Notes under the pieces: generated by a model
Database searches by the model: none
The model's input: only the letters and a program-made list of their open reading frames with translations
Told to the model about the DNA's origin: nothing
Position numbers and translations under genes: made by a program
DNA from: Macrostomum lignano
Taxonomy: Eukaryota
Length of the DNA stretch: 64,000 nt
NCBI GenBank assembly: GCA_002269645.1
Contig: NIVC01003377.1
Span: 1-64,000, forward strand
Direction: 5' to 3'
Shown: positions 1 to 16,300 of the stretch, piece after piece
How positions within the stretch are numbered: position 1 is the stretch's first letter
Layout of the letters: each line of letters starts with the position of its first letter

Positions 1-1833
1 TACCTGACCTCCAGCAGCGGCAGCGGCGGCAGCCGGCGCCTCTTCTACTGGCTGGTCGAGAGCTCCCACGTGGACGCCGCGACGGCTCCGCTCGTGCTGT
101 GGATGAACGGCGGTCCCGGCTGCTCCTCGGTCGGTGGCCTGCTCATGACGAACGGGCCGTTCCTGGCGAACGACCGCGCCGAGCTGGAGCGCAACGACTT
201 CGCGTGGAACCGGCTGGCCAACGTGCTGTACATCGACTCGCCCAGCGGTGTCGGCCTGAGCGAGCCCGGACCCACCGACGACCGACCGAGCTCAACGATA
301 ACGCGACCACGCGGCTGAACCTGGGAGCGCTGCTCCACTTCTACAGCCTGTTCCCCGAGTACCGAGGCCGGGCCTTCTACATCGCGGGAGAGAGCTACGC
401 GGGATCTACATCCCGCTGCTGGCCAGCGCCATCATCGAGGGCGGGCACCGTCCCGGCCTCATCAACCTGAAGGGCATCGCCGTGGGCAACGGCCTGCACG
501 TGCCCTTTGATCGTCAGCATTTGAGGCTTCTCGCAGGGCGCTGACTGACGCCCTGGGTGCCAGCCTCGGGCGCACAAAGATTTACAGCGTGAAAGTGCAG
601 GTATGTTGTGCTGCCGCGTCATTTCGTCGTGCCTCGCCCAACCTTCCAGACAGCCCCACCTCTCCAGTTTTCGCTAACGTACGTTTACCTGGTTCACGTC
701 ATATCGCACCCCACCCTGTCGTACAGTTGCACACCGCCAGACGCCAGACGGGAACTAAGGGAGGGTTGTTGCGCAACGCAATTTGCGCATTTTTAGTCTC
801 CAGACACGAACCCCATCGAGCATGTCTGGGACTTCGTAAAGCGAAGAGTTCAGCAGGAAGTCCCGTCCCGCACAATGCTGAACAGTTACGACTGCGGTTC
901 TGAATGCCTGACAGCAGCGACTGCCCCAAGAGTTCATCAACTCCGTCCGGCTGGTGATCAGGATGCCGGGACGAGCGATGGTACTTTTGCATGCTCGTGG
1001 TTCCTACACACGATGAGCTACTAAAAGTAGCATTAAAGACATCAATTGCTTAACTTTTTGCCGCGTGACAGCGTCAGTTAATGGGAGTGATTAGCCGTTG
1101 CCGAGTTTATTCGGATCACAAAATATCATATCTCATAATCCATCCGCAGAACAACAGCATGCGGACACTGAACCCGTACAACATCGTGCAGCCCTGCTAC
1201 TATGAAGAAGACGTCAGCGGCTACCCGTGTCTCAACTCGACTGCACTCGTCAGCTACCTGAATGACAAGGCAGCTCAGGCGGCCCTCGGCCTGAATGACA
1301 CTGTCGCCAGAGAGTACTCAATTTGCCACAAAAGCGTCTTCCATGCCTACAAGCAACTCAAACGAGACGTTCTCGAAGACTTTGTTCGCATGGCGAACCA
1401 CAGCGTCTTGGTGCTGCTGTACCACGGAGCCCTGGACTACCTGTTTCCGGTGGGGATCACACAGCAGCTGCTGGAGCGGCTACCACCAGATCCGGACCCA
1501 TTGAGCAGCCAGGACGTCTGGCTGTACTGTCTGAATGAGCCGGGCTACGGACTGCAGATCGGAGGCGTCCAGAGGTCCTACCTTGGCGGCCGAATCAAGT
1601 ACCGGACGGTGATTGGCGCCGGACACTCCGTGGCGACGGACCGGCCGGAGATCGGGCTGCAGCTGCTGCAGGACTTTCTGGCGACGTCAGCAAGCGACGC
1701 TCGGTTCGAAAGCTGCCCGACAGAGAAGGCAGAGAGTGCCAGCATTGCGGCGAATGCAGCTGAGCAGCCGAGCGCCCGAATCGCCATCGCGGCGCTCTGC
1801 ATCTGTGCTCTCGGATTTCGCGACAGGATTTGA
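1..1833 (+). CDS. Serine carboxypeptidase, family S10 (cathepsin A/CPVL-like); 5' end outside window; exons ~1-600 and 1150-1833; at least two apparent 1-nt frameshifts (~284 and ~403)
   Basis: Frame 1 from base 1 reads ...RLFYWLVES...PLVLWMNGGPGCSS...WNRLANVLYIDSPSGVGLS. After a shift it reads FYIAGESYAG (catalytic Ser), and after another IYIPLLA...INLKGIAVGNG. GT donor at 601; acceptor catccgcag at 1149. Exon 2 reads LNPYNI...LLYHGALDY (Asp)...TVIGAGHSV (His), then a hydrophobic tail. The frame between ~500 and 600 is uncertain. Confidence 0.88.
797..1016 (+). mobile_element. Tc1/mariner transposase C-terminal remnant inside the carboxypeptidase intron
   Basis: Reads SPDTNPIEHVWDFVKRRV (Tc1 SPDLNPIE.VW motif). 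After frameshift/stop it reads QRLPQEFINSVRLVIRMPGRAMVLLHARGSYTR*, matching the Tc1 C-terminus (W..IPQ..I..LI.SMP.R...VI.A.G..T.Y). Confidence 0.82.
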
Positions 1834-2955
1834 TGCTGTTGGAACAATTATATTGAAGGTCATGAGATGGCTACTAGACTAGAGATGGGGCGGTTTTCAC
1901 CTGACCGGCACGCGCGCGGAGATAAATACGAGTAAATAAACAACGCGGGAAAGGACCACAGCAGGCAAGATTAGCTGTTGGATTTAAATATTTGATGAGG
2001 CAAAAAAACGAATCTGACAAGAAGTTGAGTAAATCCGGAGTTGGAAACTGCGCCTGTGTTTTGATATATTTACAAAATGACTCTTCACTGGGGGTACTTT
2101 TAGTCAAAGCTGGGGCGTGAACACTTTACATGTACGATAAACGATAAAAAGGATATTCATTTGATGCAACAAACTGATCACTGTTTATCTGTCAATCATC
2201 AAGGCTGGCTAGTGTAAAATACCTGCGGTGAAATACCTGCTGACGTCTCCTCATCTTTGCAAACTCCAAGTGTGAGATAAAATCAGCTCAGTTGCGCGAG
2301 TTCGCTAAAGCCTTGATGATGCACAGAAACACCGAAGCAGATTTTCGACAAAACGAAAGACGATTATAAGCAAAAAACGAAGGGTCAAAGACAGGAACAA
2401 AGAGTGCCGGGTGTAGGGTGAAGGGGACGATGAGGGACGGTGCGAATGGTGGGAGCTGTACACACAAATTCAGTCTGAGAGTCTCAAGATTTCTTCAAAA
2501 CACAACAGCCAAAGTCAACTCAAGTCCAGAGGGTAAAAAATTTACGTGTACAAAAGTACATTTTGTATCTGAAGATTTTTTCCCCAAATTTCAGAAGAAA
2601 TCCTTCCGTTACAGAACTTCCATCCGGAAAATCTCAATAAAGAAGCCTAGCAGTTGCAGCGGACGCATTGCACTACTTACAGTAAAGTAGCTAGAAGTGT
2701 TCTCAAAAATTTTAATGTACTGCAGAAACCACCTGCGCTGCGAGGGGAGCAAAGGGTGGAAATGAAAAATCCGCTTGAGGATTCAGTCCCATGAACCCGA
2801 TCCATTGAAAGCGTCGCCGTGACAAGAATAGCTTAAGAGTGATTGCAAACAGCTCACCAGTGACTCTAGCGACTATGGGGCGACTCTTGTGGCTTTTTAA
2901 AGCAAATCAGCGATTCTACAGCGACTCAAGCACGCCTCAGATACGACTCTGCGGT

Positions 2956-4180
2956 CCCAGAGTCACTATAGAAGCGCCCCAAAGTCACTATAGAAGCGCC
3001 CCAGAGTCACTATAGAAGCGCCCCAGAGTCACTATAGAAGCGCCCCAGAGTCACTATGGAAGCGCCCCAGAGTCACTATAGAAGCGCCCCAGAGTCACTA
3101 TAGAAGCGCCCCAGAGTCATTATAGAAGCGCCCCAGAGTCACTATAGAAGCGCCCCAGAGTCACTACAGAAGCGCCCCAGAGTCATTATAGAAGCGCCCC
3201 AGAGTCACTATGGAAGCGCCCCAGAGTCATTATAGAAGCGCCCCAGAGTCACTATAGAAGCGCCCCAGAGTCACTATAGAAGCGCCCCAGAGTCACTATA
3301 GAAGCGCCCCAGAGTCATTATAGAAGCGCCCCAAAGTCACTATAGAAGCGCCCCAGAGTCACTATAGAAGCGCCCCAGAGTCACTATGGAAGCGCCCCAG
3401 AGTCACTATAGAAGCGCCCCAGAGTCACTATAGAAGCGCCCCAGAGTCACTATAGAAGCGCCCCAGAGTCATTATAGAAGCGCCCCAGAGTCACTATAGA
3501 AGCGCCCCAGAGTCACTATAGAAGCGCCCCAGAGTCACTACAGAAGCGCCCCAGAGTCATTATAGAAGCGCCCCAGAGTCACTATGGAAGCGCCCCAGAG
3601 TCATTATAGAAGCGCCCCAGAGTCACTATAGAAGCGCCCCAGAGTCACTATAGAAGCGCCCCAGAGTCACTATGGAAGCGCCCCAGAGTCACTATAGAAG
3701 CGCCCCAGAGTCACTATAGAAGCGCCCCAGAGTCACTATAGAAGCGCCCCAGAGTCACTATGGAAGCGCCCCAGAGTCATTATAGAAGCGCCCCAGAGTC
3801 ACTATAGAAGCGCCCCAGAGTCACTATAGAAGCGCCCCAGAGTCACTATGGAAGCGCCCCAGAGTCACTATAGAAGCGCCCCAGAGTCACTATAGAAGCG
3901 CCCCAGAGTCACTATAGAAGCGCCCCAGAGTCACTATAGAAGCGCCCCAGAGTCACTATAGAAGCGCCCCAGAGTCACTATAGAAGCGCCCCAGGGTCAC
4001 TATAGAAGCGCCCCAGGGTCACTATAGAAGCGCCCCAGGGTCACTATAGAAGCGCCCCAGAGTCACTATAGAAGTGCCCCAGGGTCACTATAGAAGCGCC
4101 CCAGAGTCATTATAGAAGCGCCCCAGGGTCACTATAGAAGCGCCCCAGGGTCACTATAGAAGCGCCCCAGGGTCACTATA
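2956..4180. repeat. 22-bp minisatellite (AGAGTCACTATAGAAGCGCCCC)n, ~55 copies
   Basis: Directly visible tandem array with rare variants (ATT, GG, AAA, GGG). Confidence 0.97.
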
Positions 4181-4463
4181 GAGTCCCCAGAGTAGTCCTG
4201 AGTCGCAGACAATAAAACGCTTCAAATTGACTCTTAGGCGACTCTTTGACTACTTGTGCCGTGACATCTCCGCGTTTAGAGTCACTTCTTTCCCATTTTA
4301 CCTGTGTTACCTGCAACGACTCTGGGGCGTTTCTTGGCTTAGGTACCATTTTCAACGGGCAAACTATACTCAAGATCAAAGTCTAGTTGAGAAGTTACAT
4401 GTGCTTAAGTGAATCGGCCCTCTTATAAAATAGTTTCCCAACAATGCCCCAACCAGAGACGGG

Positions 4464-8358
<3,895 letters not shown>

Positions 8359-10494
8359 CTATGGAGCCTATTGGGCTATTAAAAAGCAATCCTAAAAGCT
8401 TTGCAGCTTGTAATTGATCAACTTTTTCTACTTAGCCTTTATAAAATATGACTTTCTATCTTCTGGAAGCATGCAAGTAAATTAATTTAAGTTCAAGATA
8501 GATTTGATAATTGTATTTTCAGTTTTGTAGCTTATTATAATGTATATATAAACTATGATTATACATAAAGTTGATATTGCTAAATATTATGAAAAATAAC
8601 TTAAGAGAGCATCTAGAAAGCTCATAGTTTATATAGATAATAAATATGGTAACAAAACAATAACATATAAATCTATTCATATTAGAACCTAAAAAACTAT
8701 GCTTTTTATAATCCTTTAAAAATGATATGCTTTATTTAAGAATATAGAAGCCTATATTGTACTAAAAATAATTTAAAAAATAAAAAGTATCATTTCCCAA
8801 AAGAAACTAGCTAGTATGTAGTAGTAAAACATAAAAACAAACTAGAAGCCAAATTAGGCATTTCAAATCAATTTAGTACCATATATAGTTCATTTATTTT
8901 AACTAAGCTTACATATAATTTAAATGTCTACAGTTTATATCAAAACAAACTAATAGCACTTAAAATTAAATCCTACAAATATAATACTACCACAGACTTT
9001 CGAAGTTACATATCTAAGCTATATAATCTACATTATACTAATGTAAATTGTAAGTTAGCAATTAATATTTATTTTAGACATTATGCAGGTCTACAATATC
9101 TATAAGAAGTAAATGATACTATAGTGTCAGTTTTGCTAGCTTCTTTACATTTTAAACAACAGATTAATAATAAAATAAACAGATTAAAGTCATATATCAG
9201 CATTTATTCTACCCCAAGGGCGGAATATTTACACTTGGGTCGTTCTCAAAGTTTCGACGTAAGCAGTTAAGCAAATTTTTTTTAATCCGCCTTAAATTGA
9301 GGGCTTATTTTTTCATGTGGCTCGACAATACTATTAAAAATAAACGTTTATGATTATAAACAGTCATTTTTATTTAAAATTCTTGAGTAAATGTCAAGAG
9401 TCTGCGCATCTTCGTTTTTTAATTTATTTTTTGGATTATCGCTTTATAGCGTAATACCCATTTTATAGATACAATATTTTTCTCACGTGGTCGTATCAAA
9501 AAGTAAAACTATCAAATATTATTTATATCTTGATTTCTTACAACCTGAAAGCCATTAAAACCTTTGGCTTGTTGAATTGACGTTTTTATTTTGACTTTTC
9601 TAGAAGCGTGACACTGTATGGGATGAAAAAAACTAACTTTCAGTTCATTCGTTCAGCTGATAGAATCAAAAGAGAGGTGTGTTTTCATCTGTTATTAAGA
9701 AAGATGGTCACAATTTACAATATAGTATCAAAATATTCAGTGTCATTTAAAATTGTAAGAATTATGTTAATTAAATCACGAGTTTTTAGTTTTTCAATAG
9801 CACAAAATTAACCTAACAAATACAGATTAATCTGTCTACAATAAAACAAGCAGTACCAGAGTAGTTCTGTTTCAAAGCCTTCATCTGTGGCTTGAAAAAA
9901 AGTACTGCCTCTATGCCCCTAGTAAAGTATTAAAAAATTCTCAGCACATTGTTAGGTTTTTGGAAGGTATTTTTGTACATCTAAAATAAACTTGGCCATT
10001 TAAATGCCCAATCTGTTGATGAAAAACAACAGAATTTTACGCTTTGTACTTAAATTTATACTGATCTAATTTAAACTGGGTGTTGTTAGTTGTTTTTACT
10101 CAAAAGAAGATTTTTAGACTGATTTTTTAATATTTTATAGTACATTTTAAGTAGTCTGAAACAAAAATTAATATGCTAAGAAGCAGGAAAGAATAAAAGA
10201 TGAATAAAAATGATGCCGTGCATTTTTATAGAAATACCATGAGAAAACAGTCTTGCATCTATGTATGAAATGATAGTTATAATTATGAAACTAATTTTCT
10301 AGAGTTTACTAAAATAACATTTCTATGCTTCTTACTTTCTAATTAGATCGATTATGCATGATTAGTGATCTCAATTTTTAGGTAATAGATTCGGCCTTTT
10401 GTTACATACCAACGACAAAAAGAAAATAGAAACATTTTTTAAAATTACTACTGGCAATGGTAAAAATAGTACATCAGAAACGAATAATTATGCC

Positions 10495-10861
10495 CAGGGA
10501 CGTCGCCATGGATTCTATGGTTGAAGGGGGGGGACGAAGCCAAGAATTCAGCATGTACACGACTAAATTTCTGCTGTATATTATTTTCGGAATGTGTTGT
10601 CAACTATCATTTAAGCGCCATAGGCACTCGTTTTAGTGCCTCAGCTGCACCACTTCAGCACTGCTGGCATTCATTTTAGAACCGCTGGCACACATTTTAG
10701 AACCACAGGATCCATTTTCGCGCCGCAGACACTATTTTTGTCGTCCTGAAGCAACATTATTTTTTTCCATAACAGGTCAACGAAGGAATGCATGGTGGGG
10801 GACAAAGCATTTTACTGGGGGCTTGTCCCCCTGCACTGCCCCCCCGGTGGCGACGCTACTG
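10495..10861. mobile_element. hAT-like MITE nested in the Sola2-like element
   Basis: Imperfect TIR CAGGGACGTCGCCA / TGGCGACGCTACTG (11/14). 8-bp flanks ATTATGCC vs ATAACGCC (6/8). G-runs near both ends; no ORF. Confidence 0.65.
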
Positions 10862-10986
10862 ATAACGCCACATCAAGTATTAAAAATTTATCCACATCAG
10901 CTCACTGCTTGAAGCTTAAACGTAGATTTATGTCAATAAGTCTAAGAAGTTAAATCTCAAAACCTATACATTTATCAAATAAATAA

Positions 10987-13302
10987 ATGAATTCCGTTCA
11001 CTTTCAGCTCAAAAGCAACTGCTTCTTTAGTATGCCATCAAAGAAGCAGCGCGCTCGCGAGTCTTATAAAAAATGGGAGAATAAAAAGCGTTCCGCTGAT
11101 CTTGAGGGATTCAAAGAGCAGAATCGATTGAGACAAAAAAAGTTCTATTACAAACAAAAAAGTATCATGGAATCGGACGCAGTAAAAGACCAGAGAAGAC
11201 GTCAGATTAAGCCTAATTCAAGGAATGATACTAAACAGATTAAGAGCACTGCGAATGAGCGATTGAGTCGGTCTGAGGCTGCTAAGCAGCGGGAGATGAG
11301 AAAGAAAAAGGAAGAAATTTCGCGTTTGCTTGAACGGTTGAAGAAGGTGGAAGAAGAAAATAAAAAGCTGAAGCAGCAGAAGCGGCGAAGATCTAAGGCT
11401 GCTGTTTCTAGACAAGGTGCCTCTGACGATTCAGATGCCGCCGTCAAGCATATTGTGGATAGCGTCGTAGCAGTGAAACGAAAGAAGCACATGCAAGGCG
11501 TAGTTCGGCGCATTTGTGAGACTGCTGAGACTCCTGGAGTAAGAAAAGAGGTGCTCCGGCGATTGCACTGTTCCGGGAAAATTTTGAAGCCGCTTCCACC
11601 GCCAAAAGTGAAAAAGTTGCCAATGGCTGTTTCGGATTTTTTGTGTGAGGACCAAAACTCACGGGCGACTGCTGGAAGAAAAGAGACCGTGCTCAGAGGG
11701 TCGGAAAAGAAGCAGAAACGCTATCTTCTTTACGGAATGCAGATTTTGTACGAAAAATTTCTGTCTGAACACCCGACTGTAAAATGTAGCAGGGCTTCAT
11801 TTTACCGTTACAAGCCGCCACATGTGCTTCAACCAAAAGTAGGCAATCGAGAACAGTGCCTGTGCCCACTGTGCACCAACGTCGACCTTTTGGTTGAAGG
11901 AATTTGTAAAGCAAAGCTAATAGATTCAACAGCTGACAAGCATGATCTTCTACGGAAGATTGTTTGCTCAGACGAGTCGTACAACTGTCTGAACAATATA
12001 TGCCAGAAGTGCACCCAGCTTTCTCCTATCAAAGCTGGCGCCGCTGCTAATCAGCCAATTGTTGTGTACGACAAGTGGAAGCGTAGGACTGATGCGAATG
12101 GCATGGAGGTTGTAAAGAAAACGATGAACTGTGAGTTTGCCATAGCAAAACTTTTGAAACATTTGCGCAAATATGGCGCCCACTTCCTGCGCCTCCGACA
12201 TCAATTTCGCGCTATTCGTCAGCTGAAGGACAATCTGGGCGAGCACCACCTGGTGCTACACATTGATTTTAGCGAAGCGTATGGCGCAAAGTACCACCGC
12301 GAGACGCAACCAGCCCATTTTGGAGACCGCGGGCAGGTTACAATTCACCAGGGTGTCGCCTACGGGGTGTGTGAACGGCGAGGTGTGTCATTTGCTTCTC
12401 TGTCGTTGGACCGCAACAAGAAGGCGGAAGCAATTGTTGCACACCTGCTACCTGTACTGAAGCACTTTTTATCCGTCTTAGGTGAAGTTGAGCGAGTCAC
12501 CATCATTTCCGACTCCCCCAGCAGCCAATACCGCAACAGAATGACAATTTTTTTGTTTGATCGACTGTTGCGGCGAATTGGCATCCATCGCTGGCAGTGG
12601 ATCTTCACCGAGGCTGGCCACGGCAAGGGTGCCGCTGACGGTGTGGGAGCGGCCATTAAGCGGCGTTGCGACAACCGGGTGTCTACAGGTGAGCAGAGGC
12701 AGGTGGTCACGGTGCAGGACATGATGGAGGCAATGATGATCGGTGGCAGTAATGAAGAGAAAAAGATTTTGCTTTTCGAGGTTACAACCAGTGACATCGA
12801 GGAGTTTGGAAATGTGCTGCAGATGGTGAACCTGTCTACAATGCCGGGCATTGCCAACTGCCACCACGTCTGCCGAGTTGATGAAAGCGGCATCTTGTAT
12901 CGGGAGCTGGTCTGTCTCTGCACAAAAGCTAATGATTACTGTCGGTGCCACAACGCTAGACTGTGGCAACCGCTGGCTTTGCCACCGATGCCAAGACAGC
13001 AGACAGTGCTTTCGGTGAAAGATGCAGCTGGTGCCGCAAGGTGTTCAACTGGCAAGCGTGTCAGGGGTCAAGAGCGAGGTCGGGGTCATGGTAAGTCGGG
13101 GACTGAGGTCGAGCGCTGCAGTTCTACCATCTGTATTCAGCCTGCAAGTTTGAGAATCCAGTGGATTCAATGCGATGGCTGTGATGCCTGGCATCATTGT
13201 GAATGTGCTGGCTTTCCACCAAAGAGCAACCTGCCACAAAACTATTATTGCTCACCTGATTGCGCCTTCGACCTCACACAGGCTGAGATGAGGGAACTTT
13301 GA
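10987..13302 (+). CDS. Sola2-like DDD transposase with N-terminal basic coiled coil, Cys-rich segment and C-terminal PHD finger (likely start ATG 11032, MPSKK)
   Basis: Uninterrupted 771-codon ORF. Motifs HIDFSEAY, ISDSPSSQYRN and FTEAGHGKGAADGVG supply three candidate catalytic Asp. CLCPLC is present. The C-terminal CSSTIC..WIQCDGCDAWHHCEC..YYCSPDC fits C4HC3 PHD spacing. Confidence 0.88.
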   Translation: MNSVHFQLKSNCFFSMPSKKQRARESYKKWENKKRSADLEGFKEQNRLRQKKFYYKQKSIMESDAVKDQRRRQIKPNSRNDTKQIKSTANERLSRSEAAKQREMRKKKEEISRLLERLKKVEEENKKLKQQKRRRSKAAVSRQGASDDSDAAVKHIVDSVVAVKRKKHMQGVVRRICETAETPGVRKEVLRRLHCSGKILKPLPPPKVKKLPMAVSDFLCEDQNSRATAGRKETVLRGSEKKQKRYLLYGMQILYEKFLSEHPTVKCSRASFYRYKPPHVLQPKVGNREQCLCPLCTNVDLLVEGICKAKLIDSTADKHDLLRKIVCSDESYNCLNNICQKCTQLSPIKAGAAANQPIVVYDKWKRRTDANGMEVVKKTMNCEFAIAKLLKHLRKYGAHFLRLRHQFRAIRQLKDNLGEHHLVLHIDFSEAYGAKYHRETQPAHFGDRGQVTIHQGVAYGVCERRGVSFASLSLDRNKKAEAIVAHLLPVLKHFLSVLGEVERVTIISDSPSSQYRNRMTIFLFDRLLRRIGIHRWQWIFTEAGHGKGAADGVGAAIKRRCDNRVSTGEQRQVVTVQDMMEAMMIGGSNEEKKILLFEVTTSDIEEFGNVLQMVNLSTMPGIANCHHVCRVDESGILYRELVCLCTKANDYCRCHNARLWQPLALPPMPRQQTVLSVKDAAGAARCSTGKRVRGQERGRGHGKSGTEVERCSSTICIQPASLRIQWIQCDGCDAWHHCECAGFPPKSNLPQNYYCSPDCAFDLTQAEMREL

Positions 13303-16300
13303 ACATGAACGAACTCAACTCACATGGGAATCAATTTTTAGTTTTTAATGCTATCAATATTTAGCTTTTTTATTACGAGCAAAGCATCGATCCATGACTT
13401 AGGTTATAGAAAGTTTTCTTTAGGTGGGTTTGAAAGACACCACTTGGTTTTTAATGAAGACACCACACAAAAGTTGAAAACTTTATGCACCACACACTAA
13501 CTATAATTGGAAAGATCTTAATTAATCTCTACCGGAACTTACTCGGTACCGGCACCGAACTGGATAACATGCATGGGCGGGGGTGGAGAAAAACGATCTT
13601 GGAATCATTTTGACAGCAATGCTATGTACATCAAAGATCAGAACAGACAAGGGGTGAAGAAGAGAGAGAGAAATTTTCTTCAACCAGTCTGTAGTCAGTC
13701 AGTTTGTCCTCCAGTCGGGGCAGTACAGAAGCTCAGCGCTTATGGTCTCACAAAAAACTAAGTCTAGTATTGGGTTATAGCGATAGATCCCAGTCAGCCG
13801 GCCATCTGGTGTGACTACAGCTGACCTCTTTAACCCATGGGGATATGCCATTGCAGTAAGGTCAAGGTCCACATGCTAAAGCACGCGGCCCCTTAGTGCT
13901 TTTACAGATCCATGCTAAGGAAAGTCACGGCTACAAAGAAGCACCCAAAGAAACTCTTATCTATCACTTCTATAACAAAAATTTGGGCGTGTAGACATCA
14001 AACAGTTCTAAGACCCTACAGTGCTACATGTACAATTTATAAGTCACCCGAGACGACAGGCTTTACTACGTGAGATGCCCCAAATGCCAAATTCTCACGT
14101 TAAAAAACCTAAAACAATGTAGGAGTCAACACACAATACTAAAAAAATAATTTAGAGCATATAATGAAAATAGCTACTGTAGTCTTTTAAGCATACAGTG
14201 GATCGATTCCTGAATCTCGTGTAGGTCTTTTAAAGGACAGTCATCAAGGCATACAGTGTATTATTTATGCAAAAGTAAACTATATTTTCTGAATTATCTT
14301 CAAAACCTGACTTCAAATCTGAAGTAAAATAAAGCTCATTATATTAGCTCCATATTAAATAAGCTAACATTTTTATGTATTTTTGAAGTTTCTAAATATT
14401 CAATGCTGTTGAAGCTATGCAAAGCCTTCTCAAAATTTGTTTCGAAGTCCTAATAAGTACTGGCAAATCAGTGGTTTGTTTCATATTCTTGTATCAAGGA
14501 ATTGGATTCGAATATGTGCTTCATTTTACAAATGAGATTTTTCCACTGGTGCTTGTTATTTTTTTCTTTTTAAATTTAGCTTATTGAAACTAAATGGTGA
14601 ATGGTTGAACTTCAAAGAAAAACAGTTTTTTAATTATTTTCATACAGAAAAATTGTTCTAATATTACAGTAAATCATTTTGTTATTGTTATTGTATTGTT
14701 ATACCCATTTTAGATTACTTTTATATGCTGTATGTTGTTGCATTATTATCATTGCTTTGATAAATTTCACAGATGCATGTATTTTTTCCAAATTACTCTA
14801 AAACCAAAATAAGGTATGTGATCTTACTTTGCATGCATTTAACCAATCCAACAGCAATTTCAATGAAAGATTAAAGTTAGAATAGAAATACCGATATTTA
14901 CCCTAAACTGCCTTGTTTCTGACTTTCACACTACATGTGCTAGTAAGCTATCAGATAACTTCTAAATTCTAACATCTCTACCTGGTGAGCTTGCAATTTA
15001 TGCGCTCCATGAATATTACATACTTTTAGAAATTGAACAGAGTTCGCATTTTAAAGTTACATCAAAAACAAATTTAAATGAATTTTCTGAAGAAAACGGA
15101 GAAAGAAGTATTCAAAATAATGATGATCTCATTTACATTTTCTGAATTTTTAAGAACTTGAAGACAAACAAGTTTAACAATAACGATGTCCGAAAAGAAC
15201 TTTTTTCCACGAAGTTAAAAACGTGTGGTGTAACTGTTTTTAAATAGTAAAACAAAATCAAATATGACTATTTAAGTGTGTTTATCTTTGTAACTTAATA
15301 AAAAAATAAATAGACAAAATATTACTTTTAGGTGTTTCATATGCATTTTAATTAGATATTGCAGGACAACAACTTTGTCGTCTATACATCCTTACGGTAA
15401 AATAAACAAACACGCTTATTTATTGAATATTCAAGGATTTTGTGGTTTAAAAAACCTATATGGGTTGTGGTGCCACAAATGAAAATTTTAAAGCCAAAAG
15501 AATAATATTTCATGCTTTTTAATTTTTTGTTCATAAATTCAAGCTAAGATTTGAGAACGACCCACTTGCTTTCTTACAAAAAATCAAAATCAAAATCGAT
15601 AAGGAAAGACAGAAATTTGTTGTAAAAAGTTTATAGATAATTTAAGCATATAATACATTTATATTACTTTTTTTATAAAACGACTTTTATACCAGATTAT
15701 TCAACTAGGATTATAAGATTGTTTGTTTAACATATTGTAAAGCGTAAAGCCGGGGCTGAATTTAAATCCACATCTAAATAAACTTTCGTCTCAAAAATAT
15801 CTCAAATATATAGTTCTTACTGGCCTGAGCAAATTTACTACTACTACTTCACGTCGCTGCAATTTACTACAAACGTCTAGTTCCTCTTGTGGCCTCATCG
15901 TACTCATAGACATCATAGTTATGAAATAAATATACATGGGTATATAGGCCTAATGAATCAATAAATACATTGTTGCTACAATAACTACTAGTAGTAACTA
16001 GTGTCATATTTATCATTTTCTTTTTGTCAGATATAGGTGTAACTGTAAGTGGTAAGCCTAGGTTTTTTGCCTAGCTAGCTATAAATAAGCATAAATTTAG
16101 GCCTAAAAGTTTGATTTTGGATTTGAAATTATACTAAATGTTTATAAGTTTGGCATTTATTTAAAAACTTAAATTAATATTAGGCCTAAGATGAGATTTT
16201 CAATATGCCTATTATATTAGTTAGAATTAGGCCTAATAATAGGCTAATAAGGTAGCCTAATATCTTTCCTGTTACAAAATAAAAAGGTTGAACCTGATGC

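Larger units (their letters stand above)
9237..15563 (+). mobile_element. Full-length Sola2-like DNA transposon (6327 bp)
   Basis: Left end GGGTCGTTCTCAAA (9237-9250) is the exact reverse complement of TTTGAGAACGACCC (15550-15563). Identical 4-bp flanks ACTT at 9233-9236 and 15564-15567. GRG..CYC termini with a 4-bp TSD are described for Sola2. It encloses an intact transposase. The family assignment is from recalled motifs. Confidence 0.85.

Noticed and set aside
2956-4180. CACTATAG resembles T7/SP6 promoter ends; array could be read as CRISPR or vector contamination
   Set aside because: Upstream promoter bases do not match, and the repeats are contiguous with no unique spacers or cas genes.
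13570-14110. GC-richer patch inside the Sola2-like element as a second gene
   Set aside because: No ORF over ~60 aa or recognisable motif in any frame.
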